Part shown: positions 16,202 to 24,000 of the stretch, one piece after another
Layout: every line of letters begins with the position of its first letter
Numbering within the stretch: position 1 is the first letter of the stretch
Position numbers and translations under genes: made by a program
Assembly (NCBI GenBank): GCA_963665085.2
Contig: CAXXXS010000003.1
Location: forward strand, 35,295-59,294
Direction of reading: 5' to 3'
Length of the DNA stretch: 24,000 nt
Origin: Bacteroidales bacterium
GTDB taxonomy: Bacteria > Bacteroidota > Bacteroidia > Bacteroidales > JAAAOM01
The notes under the pieces: model-generated
Told to the model about the DNA's origin: nothing
The model's input: only the letters and a program-made list of their open reading frames with translations
Database searches by the model: none

Positions 16202-19200
16202 ATGAAGAAAAATCTACTCAAAGGATTTATCCTTGCTATGATTAGTATATCTTTTGCTAATCTATATGCTCTGCCGACTGAGACTCAATACACAGGTATT
16301 GTATCAGAAATAGGGGTTTGCGATGATTGTCATGAGACAGGAAATGAAATAGGTTTTACCTTTTCTTTTTTTGGAAATGATTACACCCAATTTAGTGTCA
16401 CGTCTAACGGATTGTTAATGTTTGGTGCCGGTTCTAACTCGCCAACAAACGTAGCAATTCCAACTGCAAGTACTCCTAATAACTTTATTGCCCCATTTTG
16501 GGATAATTTAAGTACGAGTGCAACTAGTGTAGTATATTATCAAACAATAGGTATTGCTCCAAACAGAAAACTTATCGTACAATGGGAAGACATGGTTTAT
16601 TCTAGCGATGGATCCCCTTTTGGAACTTTTATGTGCATTTTATACGAAGGTTCTAATGAAATCCAAATGCAGTACCGTAGTATTTTTGATAAGTCTATAG
16701 CACAGTCATTAGGTAGTTCCGCAACTATTGGATTAGAAGATCTTAGTGGTTCAATCAATAGCGTTGAATATTCCTATAATACTTCTGGTGCAATTTATGA
16801 AGGTATGGCTATCCGTTGGACTCCAACACCAAGTAGTTACACCTACGATGATGAAGCTTCTTATGAAGGTGTGTTTTTAGTAGCAGATGTTAATTCGCCA
16901 GAACCTGGTACCCCTGTATTAAATTCACCTGCAAATGATGCAACAGTTGGAACTACTGTTACTTTAAAATGGGCAAATACAGATAATACAGACTCTTATT
17001 CTGTCCTTGTTTGGGATGAGGGAGAGGCATTAACTGAGGCAAATGCAGACATTTATCCTGCTGGAGCAAATTTATTTTATGCATTATCTGGTTTAACAGC
17101 AGATGCTACTTACAAATGGGCTGTTGTTGCATCAAATAGCACTGATGAAACTTTATCTGAGTTAAGAAAATTCACAACAAATCCTACACCTCCACTGGCT
17201 GCTGTACCAGACGCAGTATGGGTGAAGGAAGGTGATGACATAATTATTACTTTAAATTATACAGGTGGAGATGAATCAGACAAGACGTGTTGGATTACAA
17301 ATCTGCCAGATAAAGGTAATTTATTCCAATATAATGACGGAGCAAAAGGAGCAGCAATTACAACTGTACCAACCGAAGTTACAGATGCTAATTTCAGGGT
17401 AATTTATTCTGCTGATGAAGGGACAGGCAATGGAGCCGGTAATTTCAACTTTGAGTTCGTAGAAGAATTGGATAGTGATGGAGCTACCCAAACAATAAAT
17501 GTAACACCTGTAACCGCTCCAATTCTACTCGGCATAAGTTTCACTAGCAGTACCATAGAAATGCGATTTGATGAAGAAATGGCAGATGTGAGTGGAGAAG
17601 CATCAAACTTTTCTGCCTCATTAAATGCTAGCGGCAATACCATTTCATCTGTTGAGTTAAAAAATGGAGATCCATATACTATTGTTGCAAATGTTGGAAG
17701 CACTCAAAGCACATCTGATGACATCTTGATATCTTATAGCCCTGGTGGCGTAACCTCAGAAGCAGGAGGAATTTTAGCTGCATTTACAGATGTAGAAGTA
17801 ACTTTAGAAGCTCAGTCAATAAGCTTCTCTCCTATTCCTTCAAAATCATATGGCGATGATAATTTTCTTCTTAGCGCATCAGCTTCGCCTTCAGGCTCAA
17901 GTATTACATTTACTAGTTCTAATACATCAATCGTAAATATATCGGGTAGCAATGCAACAATCAACAATGCAGGAACTGTTACAATAACAGCATTCCAGTC
18001 TGGAAATGATGATTACGATTATGCACAATCTATTCAAACAATAACCATTGCAAAAGCAATCCCGGAAGTTACTGAACTTCCTTCTGCCTCAGATATTGTT
18101 GAGGCTGATACAATTTATGAATCCTCATTATCCGGAGGTGCTGCAATGTTTGATGGCAATACAGTTAACGGAAATTTCGAATTTGTATATACAGATTCCA
18201 TCCCGCCTGCCGGGGATTACCATACAACAATAATTTTTGTGCCTGAAAATGAAAATTTTGCTAAAGTTACTTTGGTTGTCCCAATCAATGTTTTAGTTGA
18301 TACTGATGGAGATGGGGTACCAAATATTACAGATGATGATGATGATGATGATGAGGTTTTGGATGTTGATGACGCATTCCCTTTAGACCCTAATGAAGAT
18401 ACAGACACTGACAATGATGGAATTGGTAACAATGCCGATGATGATGATGATGATGATGATGTTTTGGATGTCGATGATGCATTCCCTTTAGATCCTAATG
18501 AAGATACAGACACTGACAATGACGGAATTGGTAACAATGCCGATGATGATGATGATGATGATGGAACCCCTGATAATGAAGACGCGTTCCCATTAAATTC
18601 TTCTGAAGATACAGACACTGACAATGATGGAATTGGCAACAATGCAGATGATGATGATGATGGTGACGGGGTTTTGGATATTGATGATGCTTTTCCATTA
18701 AATAAATATGAAACAGTAGATACAGATGGAGATGAAATTGGCGACAATTCTGATCCCGATGACGACAACGACGGACTTACAGATTTAGAAGAATCTCAAT
18801 TAGGTACAGATCGAACAAATCCAGACACTGATGGTGATGAGTATGGTGATGCAGTGGATGCATTCCCTACAAATGGTGCGGAATGGCTTGATACCGACAA
18901 TGATAAAATTGGTAACAATGCTGATACAGATGATGATGGTGATGGACTTACTGATGTTGAAGAAGCTGCTCTAGGCACAAATCCTCTTCTTATTGATACC
19001 GATGGAGACGGTCATGATGATAATGACGATGCATTCCCTACTGATGCTACAGAATGGCTTGACACAGATGGCGATCTCACCGGAAACAATGAAGATCTCG
19101 ATGATGATGGTGATGGACTTACTGATGCTGAAGAAAAAGCCCTGGGAACAGATCCTCTTCTTACTGATACAGATGGGGATACTTATGGTGATGCTATAGA

Positions 19201-20536
19201 CGCTTTCCCTACAAATCCTTTAGAATGGATTGACACAGATGGCGACGGGACAGGTGATAACAGTGATGCTTTCCCGAGCGATGCTTCTGAAGATAAAGAT
19301 ACCGATGGTGATGGGACAGGTGATAACAGTGATGCTTTCCCGAACGATGCTTCTGAAGATACTGACACAGATGGTGATGGTGTTGGTGATAATAGTGATG
19401 AGTTCCCGAACGATGCTTCTGAAGATACCGATACAGATGGTGATGGCGTTGGTGATAACAGCGACGCATTCCCGAACGATGCAACTGAGGATACTGACAC
19501 GGATGGTGATGGTGTTGGTGACAACAGCGATGCATTCCCGAACAATGCAACCGAAGATACTGATACTGATGGTGACGGAACTGGCGATAACAGTGATGCA
19601 TTTCCCAATGATCCGGATGAAGATACAGATACTGACCAAGATGGAACAGGTAACAATGAAGATTCAGACGACGATGGTGATGGTGTCAACGATGATGAAG
19701 ATGCATTCCCATTAAACGCAAATGAAACAGTAGATACCGATGGTGACGGAACCGGGAATAATGCAGATACAGATGACGATGGTGATGGTGTTAACGATGA
19801 TGAAGATGATTTTCCTCTTGATAATACAGAAACTACTGATACAGATGGAGATGGTGTAGGTGATAACAGTGATGCATTCCCGAACGATGCAACCGAAGAT
19901 ACCGATACTGATGGTGACGGAACAGGAGATAACAGTGATGCATTCCCAAATAACGCCACTGAAGATACGGATACAGATGGTGATGGCACAGGTAATAATG
20001 CTGATATTGATGATGATAACGATAGTGTAATCGATGCTGAAGATGCATTCCCTCTTGATAATTCTGAATCAAAAGACACTGATGGTGATGGTATTGGTAA
20101 CAATGCAGATACTGATGATGATGGTGATGGTGTTTCAGATGATGAGGATGCATTCCCATTGAATGGGAATGAAACCACGGATACCGATGGTGATGGCATT
20201 GGTAATAATGCTGATATAGATGATGATGGTGACAGTGTTATAGATGCAGAAGATGCTTATCCATTAGATCCATCAAAAAGTACTGGTATTGAAACAATTT
20301 CTGCCATAAACATAGACGTTTTCCCAAATCCTGTTGAAGATTTTCTAACTATTTCTGCAGAAACAGCAATTATAGAAAGAATAAGATTTTATGATGTAAC
20401 AGGTAGGATTTTTATTGACAAAGAAATTTACCAGGACAAACTAGTAATTGACATAAGTAAATTCAGACATGGAATTTATTCAATTGCTGTAGAAACAAAC
20501 AAAGGAAAAGCTGTTTACAAAATATTCAAAAATTAA
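16202..20536 (+). CDS. secreted/cell-surface multidomain protein: NIDO-like N-terminal domain, FN3/Ig-like modules, ~35 thrombospondin type-3-like Ca-binding loops, T9SS C-terminal sorting domain
   Basis: 1444 aa. Signal peptide MKKNLLKGFILAMISISFANLYA (16202-16270). The N-terminal domain has FTFSFFGNDYTQFSVTSNGLLMFG ... IAPFWDNL ... VVYYQT (NIDO-like pattern). An FN3-like module follows (PGTPVLNSPANDATVGTTVTLKWAN...YKWAVVA). Residues ~700-1356 are DxDxDGxGDNxDxFPxD repeats. The last ~75 aa (VFPNPVEDFLTI...RFYDVTGR...GIYSIAVETNKGK) match the T9SS type A CTD pattern. Confidence 0.93.
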   Translation: MKKNLLKGFILAMISISFANLYALPTETQYTGIVSEIGVCDDCHETGNEIGFTFSFFGNDYTQFSVTSNGLLMFGAGSNSPTNVAIPTASTPNNFIAPFWDNLSTSATSVVYYQTIGIAPNRKLIVQWEDMVYSSDGSPFGTFMCILYEGSNEIQMQYRSIFDKSIAQSLGSSATIGLEDLSGSINSVEYSYNTSGAIYEGMAIRWTPTPSSYTYDDEASYEGVFLVADVNSPEPGTPVLNSPANDATVGTTVTLKWANTDNTDSYSVLVWDEGEALTEANADIYPAGANLFYALSGLTADATYKWAVVASNSTDETLSELRKFTTNPTPPLAAVPDAVWVKEGDDIIITLNYTGGDESDKTCWITNLPDKGNLFQYNDGAKGAAITTVPTEVTDANFRVIYSADEGTGNGAGNFNFEFVEELDSDGATQTINVTPVTAPILLGISFTSSTIEMRFDEEMADVSGEASNFSASLNASGNTISSVELKNGDPYTIVANVGSTQSTSDDILISYSPGGVTSEAGGILAAFTDVEVTLEAQSISFSPIPSKSYGDDNFLLSASASPSGSSITFTSSNTSIVNISGSNATINNAGTVTITAFQSGNDDYDYAQSIQTITIAKAIPEVTELPSASDIVEADTIYESSLSGGAAMFDGNTVNGNFEFVYTDSIPPAGDYHTTIIFVPENENFAKVTLVVPINVLVDTDGDGVPNITDDDDDDDEVLDVDDAFPLDPNEDTDTDNDGIGNNADDDDDDDDVLDVDDAFPLDPNEDTDTDNDGIGNNADDDDDDDGTPDNEDAFPLNSSEDTDTDNDGIGNNADDDDDGDGVLDIDDAFPLNKYETVDTDGDEIGDNSDPDDDNDGLTDLEESQLGTDRTNPDTDGDEYGDAVDAFPTNGAEWLDTDNDKIGNNADTDDDGDGLTDVEEAALGTNPLLIDTDGDGHDDNDDAFPTDATEWLDTDGDLTGNNEDLDDDGDGLTDAEEKALGTDPLLTDTDGDTYGDAIDAFPTNPLEWIDTDGDGTGDNSDAFPSDASEDKDTDGDGTGDNSDAFPNDASEDTDTDGDGVGDNSDEFPNDASEDTDTDGDGVGDNSDAFPNDATEDTDTDGDGVGDNSDAFPNNATEDTDTDGDGTGDNSDAFPNDPDEDTDTDQDGTGNNEDSDDDGDGVNDDEDAFPLNANETVDTDGDGTGNNADTDDDGDGVNDDEDDFPLDNTETTDTDGDGVGDNSDAFPNDATEDTDTDGDGTGDNSDAFPNNATEDTDTDGDGTGNNADIDDDNDSVIDAEDAFPLDNSESKDTDGDGIGNNADTDDDGDGVSDDEDAFPLNGNETTDTDGDGIGNNADIDDDGDSVIDAEDAYPLDPSKSTGIETISAINIDVFPNPVEDFLTISAETAIIERIRFYDVTGRIFIDKEIYQDKLVIDISKFRHGIYSIAVETNKGKAVYKIFKN
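18332..18751 (+). repeat. 4 x 105-nt (35-aa) tandem repeat, each unit starting with a (GAT)n microsatellite
   Basis: Units are 18332-18436, 18437-18541, 18542-18646 and 18647-18751. Units 1 and 2 differ at 5/105 nt in my alignment. GAT runs are x7 (18332-18352), x8 (18437-18460), x7 (18542-18562) and x5 (from 18647). They encode poly-Asp. Confidence 0.9.
19232..19627 (+). repeat. 6 x 66-nt (22-aa) tandem repeat DTDGDG(T/V)GDNSD(A/E)FP(N/S)(D/N)(A/P)xED(T/K)
   Basis: Unit boundaries at 19232, 19298, 19364, 19430, 19496 and 19562, all in frame. Two further near-identical units lie at 19838-19969. Confidence 0.9.
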
Positions 20537-20560
20537 AAAAAACAGTCCCTTAGAAGTAAA

Positions 20561-20588
20561 AAAGGCTGTCCTTAGTTGGGCAGCCTTT
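20561..20588. terminator. putative bidirectional intrinsic terminator between convergent genes
   Basis: 11-bp stem AAAGGCTGTCC (20561-20571) / GGGCAGCCTTT (20578-20588, one G-U) with loop TTAGTT. On the minus strand the stem is followed by a T6 run counting the stem-closing T (plus-strand A run 20556-20561). On the plus strand only TTT follows. Confidence 0.55.
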
Positions 20589-20659
20589 ACTATTTGTATA
20601 AAATGCAAAATTAAATCGTAGCTAATTCAAATTATAAATTATCCTAACTAATATAATCA

Positions 20660-23600
20660 TCATCTTGCTGTTTCCCCCTTTTTCTGTTTTTTATTATTTA
20701 ATACATATTCTTTTGGAGTAAGATTATATTTCTTTTTAAAGCATTTTGTAAAATAACTTTGATCATTAAATCCAACCACAACAATTATCTCGGCAATATT
20801 TAAATCTGTATTGATTAATAATTTAGCCGCTTCATTTAACCGTATATTTCGAATAAACTCATTAGGTGGCATACCGGTGATATTCTGTATCTTTCGATAT
20901 AAAGTAGAATGGCTTAGATTAAACTTCTCAGCAAGCATACTTACATTTAAATCCGGATCATTTAAATTCCCCATCACTTCACGGGTAAATTGTTTCATTA
21001 TATCGATGTTATTTGCTGATATTTTTTGATTTTGTTCAATATTTATAAGACCTGTTAAATACCGCTCTTTAATAATCTCCCGTTGTTTCTTCAATGAATC
21101 TATCCTGGCTAATAACAAATCTAAATTTAATGGTTTGCTTAGATATGAATCTGCTCCTGCAAGGTATCCTTCCGAACGATCTGTATTCGAGATTTTTGCT
21201 GTTACCAATATAAATAATATATGGTTGTAGTTAAAATCTTCTTTGATTTTCTGACACAATTCAATTCCATTCATTTTGGGCATAATAATATCACTTACAA
21301 TCAAATCTGGATTTTCTTTTTTTGCCAACTCATAACCACTAAGACCATTTGGCGCATCTATTACTTTATATAACTTAGATATATGAGTGACTAAATATTT
21401 TCTAAGTTCATTATTATCCTCTACTATTAATACTTTAAAATTTTCATCTTTCTCATAAATATGTTGATTACTTACAATCAACTTTTCATCGAAATAATCA
21501 AGATCTTCAATCAAAAGAGGTTTAGAGTCTTCTTTTTCTTTGTTAAGCTCTAATTCATTCTTAGAATAACTATCTCTATTAGCAGGTAGTGTTACAGTAA
21601 AAATTGTACTAAATCCATCTTGATTATTCTTTACCGATATACTCCCCTTATGCAATTCCACCAAACTTTTCACAAGATGCAAACCTATACCAAAACCAGA
21701 ATTTTCTGAAGATTTTGAAGTTGACTGATAAAATCGTTCAAAAATAAGTTTAACCTCTTTCTCACTTATACCAATTCCTGTATCTCCTATTTCAATATTC
21801 AGCAAGTCACGCTCTTTGTCTAAGCCATAAGACATTTTAATTTTCCCCTTTTTATCTGTATACTTAAAAGCATTGGAAACAAGGTTTGATAAAATTGTCC
21901 TAACCTTATCATCATCAATATATATTAATTCCTCTATGCTGCCTTCCACAAAAAAATCTATGTTTTTATGCCTTGCATAAGGTATATACAAATCATAAAT
22001 CCTCTTAAACACTTCATCAGCAGATACTTTATTTACGCTAAGCTTCATATTACCTGTCTCTAGTTTTCTAAAATCAAGTAATTGGTTTATCAGTAAGGTT
22101 AATCGCTTAACATTTAAATTTATTGAATTGATTAATGATTTATCTTCCTTTACATTACTTGATAAATCATTCACTCCATAAGAAATTATTGATAATGGGG
22201 TTAATAATTCATGAGATATATTCGTAAAAAACCGAAGTTTAAATTGATTAATTTTTTCCTTTTTTGTTCTTTGTATTTTTTCAATTTCAAGAGCTTGCTG
22301 TACTTTAAGAGACTTTAATCGAATCCTGAAAAACATATAAATAATACCAAAGAATAATAATATATAGATAGATATAGCAACTTGGGAGAAAAAGGGCGAT
22401 GGTTTTATTGTAATTGAAAGTCTCACAGGTTCTGGGTTCCATATCCAGCTATTATTAGCTGCTTTTGCCAAAAAAGTATACTCCCCTGGAGGAATATTTG
22501 TATACACAGCATTTCTATTGTTATAATCTGTCATAATCCACTCATCATCAAACCCCTCTAGTTTATATGAAAACTTGTTTTTCCTTACCTGCGAATAGGA
22601 TAACGCGGAAATAGTAAAAGAAAAATTATTTTCTGTATGCTGTAAAACAAGGTTATTATCTTTAATCCTTTCAATTTCTGTTGGCATGTTATTAAGCCTG
22701 ACATCAGTAATAACAACAGGAGGTATAAAATTATTTGCCCTGAATTCCGTAGGATCAAATCGGTTTATCCCATAATTTCCACCTATATAAATCCGTCCTT
22801 TATCATCCTTGTACCAAGCTCCTCGATTGAAAATATTACTTTGCAATCCGTCCTCTGATGTAAAATTCTGTATGTTTATATCATCACCATTAACACTTAA
22901 CCGAACAAGCCCTTTATTTGTAGTTAACCAAAGAAAATCAGACTCATCCGGTATAATATTGTATACTGAAACACCAATTAGTTCCTCTATCTCTGGAAAT
23001 GATTTAAAAACACCCGTAGTTCTATCATATTGTAAAACTCCGTTAGAACCTGTACCAACCCATATTCTATTTTTAGAATCTTCTGTAATTACATTAATTG
23101 TATTACTCTTTAAAGCAATTTTATCTTTCGTTGTAATATTATAATTCTCAAATTCAAATTGGGAATCATCCTGAAGATTATTTTTTAATTTATTAAGTCC
23201 TCCATCCTCAGTTGTAACCCATAATGATTTCTCCGAATCAATTAAAATAGATGTAATATTTTTACCCGAGATAGAATAAGGTTTATTTGAGTCTGGTAAA
23301 ATTGTAACTATATCATATTGGTCAATTTCATAATTGTATGTTAATCTTAACAAACCTTCTGTTGTTCCAACCCATAAATGATTAAACCTATCTTCTTTGA
23401 TGTAGAGAACGGAAAACAATGCATTTACAGAGAAATAATTTCGTGGTATTACGGTCTCCCACTCTCCTGTATTTCCATCTTTTTTTAGGAGCCCATAATA
23501 TCTTGATCCTAACCATAAGTTAGAACGAGAATCTCTTAAAATGTAATAAATGGTATTGAGGTCGGAAGGCAACCCTTCAAATTCCTTTAAATCCTGAAAT

Positions 23601-24000
23601 CCAGTAAACGTATGATTTTTAAAATCATACAAGCCAATCCCCATGGATCTTACCCCCAAATAATATTTATCTTCTGAAACCGGAAGAAAACAACTCACTA
23701 TTTGGCTATAGTTTCCATTAACTGTTTTATCTATGTGGAAAAGTTCATAGCTATAGCGTTTTAAATCAATCTTGTTTACACCACCTCCCATTGTGGCTAA
23801 CCAAACAGATCCTGATACATCCTGGGCTACATCATATACTTCTGATATTGACAATTCTTTTGATGAATTACCTTCAGAAAAGCTTAAGATTTCCTTTTTC
23901 TTTTCATAGGGTTTTGTAATTAGATTTAGCCCTGTTGATGTTGCTACCCAAATAACTCCATCGTCGGTTTGTTGCAATGCAAAAACAATATCTCCAATAA
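20660..24000 (-). CDS. hybrid two-component system sensor histidine kinase/response regulator with AraC-type HTH output (N-terminus beyond window end)
   Basis: Periplasmic beta-propeller-type repeats (..WVATSTGL.., ..LWLGS.., ..WVGT..GL) plus a Y_Y_Y-like region. One TM (VAISIYILLFFGIIYMFF). H-box FFTNISHELLTPL (His codon 22211-22213). HATPase boxes (NLVSNAFKYT, DTGIGI, GFGIGLHLV). Receiver domain (VLIVEDNNE...VSDIIMPKMNG, Asp codon 21290-21292). C-terminal AraC HTH (LSHSTLYRKIQNITGMPPNEFIRNIRL...GFNDQSYFTKCFKKKYNLTPKEY). The track start at 23977 is a TTG, and the frame stays open to nt 24000 (..IGDIVFA-LQQTDDG..). Confidence 0.92.
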   Translation of the reverse strand, partial: IGDIVFALQQTDDGVIWVATSTGLNLITKPYEKKKEILSFSEGNSSKELSISEVYDVAQDVSGSVWLATMGGGVNKIDLKRYSYELFHIDKTVNGNYSQIVSCFLPVSEDKYYLGVRSMGIGLYDFKNHTFTGFQDLKEFEGLPSDLNTIYYILRDSRSNLWLGSRYYGLLKKDGNTGEWETVIPRNYFSVNALFSVLYIKEDRFNHLWVGTTEGLLRLTYNYEIDQYDIVTILPDSNKPYSISGKNITSILIDSEKSLWVTTEDGGLNKLKNNLQDDSQFEFENYNITTKDKIALKSNTINVITEDSKNRIWVGTGSNGVLQYDRTTGVFKSFPEIEELIGVSVYNIIPDESDFLWLTTNKGLVRLSVNGDDINIQNFTSEDGLQSNIFNRGAWYKDDKGRIYIGGNYGINRFDPTEFRANNFIPPVVITDVRLNNMPTEIERIKDNNLVLQHTENNFSFTISALSYSQVRKNKFSYKLEGFDDEWIMTDYNNRNAVYTNIPPGEYTFLAKAANNSWIWNPEPVRLSITIKPSPFFSQVAISIYILLFFGIIYMFFRIRLKSLKVQQALEIEKIQRTKKEKINQFKLRFFTNISHELLTPLSIISYGVNDLSSNVKEDKSLINSINLNVKRLTLLINQLLDFRKLETGNMKLSVNKVSADEVFKRIYDLYIPYARHKNIDFFVEGSIEELIYIDDDKVRTILSNLVSNAFKYTDKKGKIKMSYGLDKERDLLNIEIGDTGIGISEKEVKLIFERFYQSTSKSSENSGFGIGLHLVKSLVELHKGSISVKNNQDGFSTIFTVTLPANRDSYSKNELELNKEKEDSKPLLIEDLDYFDEKLIVSNQHIYEKDENFKVLIVEDNNELRKYLVTHISKLYKVIDAPNGLSGYELAKKENPDLIVSDIIMPKMNGIELCQKIKEDFNYNHILFILVTAKISNTDRSEGYLAGADSYLSKPLNLDLLLARIDSLKKQREIIKERYLTGLINIEQNQKISANNIDIMKQFTREVMGNLNDPDLNVSMLAEKFNLSHSTLYRKIQNITGMPPNEFIRNIRLNEAAKLLINTDLNIAEIIVVVGFNDQSYFTKCFKKKYNLTPKEYVLNNKKQKKGETAR

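Larger units (their letters stand above)
18299..20270 (+). repeat. in-frame array of TSP type-3-like Asp-rich calcium-binding repeats (coding)
   Basis: By my count there are 23 DTD(G/N/Q)D(G/E/K/L/T)xG(D/N)NxD loops interleaved with about 12 DDDGDG(V/L)xDxE/D loops and AFP(L/N/T)(D/N) spacers. Confidence 0.9.

Noticed and set aside
18217-20199. Long antisense and off-frame ORFs across the repeat region: 183-aa and 338-aa Ser/Pro/Val-rich minus-strand ORFs; His/Cys-rich ORFs at 18495-18698, 19209-19601 and 19833-20159; Met/Val-rich plus-strand ORFs at 18993-19199 and 19230-19715.
   Set aside because: They are shadows of the GAT/GAC/GGT/AAT codon repeats of the 1444-aa gene. The complement of Asp/Gly codons contains no stop codons, so the frames stay open by composition. 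They have low-complexity sequence, no independent start context and no known domains.
18299-20270. Regular 66-nt and 105-nt periodicity that could be mistaken for a CRISPR array.
   Set aside because: The repeats are contiguous with no unique spacers, and they are in frame inside a long ORF with a clear protein-repeat meaning. There are no cas genes or leader.
1-24000. Whether the window is a genomic island, prophage or defence island.
   Set aside because: There is no integrase, transposase, tRNA attachment site, phage gene, restriction, Cas or toxin-like gene. I also see no obvious compositional break apart from the small intergenic island at 15551-15720.

Overview
This is an AT-rich (roughly one-third G+C by eye) chromosomal segment that looks like Bacteroidota. 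The signs are a T9SS C-terminal sorting domain, a hybrid two-component regulator with an AraC output, and TAnnTTTG-type promoter boxes. I can support about 17 protein-coding genes. In order they are: folP (5' partial); a co-directional minus-strand cluster (small membrane protein, SAM-methyltransferase::Ddl-like ATP-grasp fusion, CxxCxxCC/YkgJ-family protein, OmpR-type response regulator, histidine kinase); an MscS-family channel; a 51-aa ORF with a perfect bidirectional terminator; a STAS protein; MprF convergent with a VirJ/AcvB-type hydrolase; a tandem-USP protein; a DUF2934 mini-protein; a hypothetical protein; a eukaryote-like aromatic-L-amino-acid decarboxylase; a 1444-aa secreted protein (NIDO-like N-terminal domain, FN3/Ig modules, ~35 thrombospondin-type-3 Ca-binding loops, T9SS CTD); and a hybrid sensor kinase/AraC regulator that runs off the 3' edge. 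I found no rRNA, tRNA, CRISPR array, transposase, integrase or recognisable defence genes, and I do not see a clear novel multi-gene system. The best leads are: (1) an 867-nt intergenic region containing a hairpin-dense island of ~45% G+C bracketed by imperfect direct repeats (15414-15745); (2) the methyltransferase::ATP-grasp fusion and its putative operon, including a C9/T8 homopolymer pair just upstream of the next gene; (3) near-identical in-frame tandem repeats and (GAT)7-8 microsatellites inside the giant surface-protein gene. All domain calls come from motif recognition by eye and have not been checked against any database.
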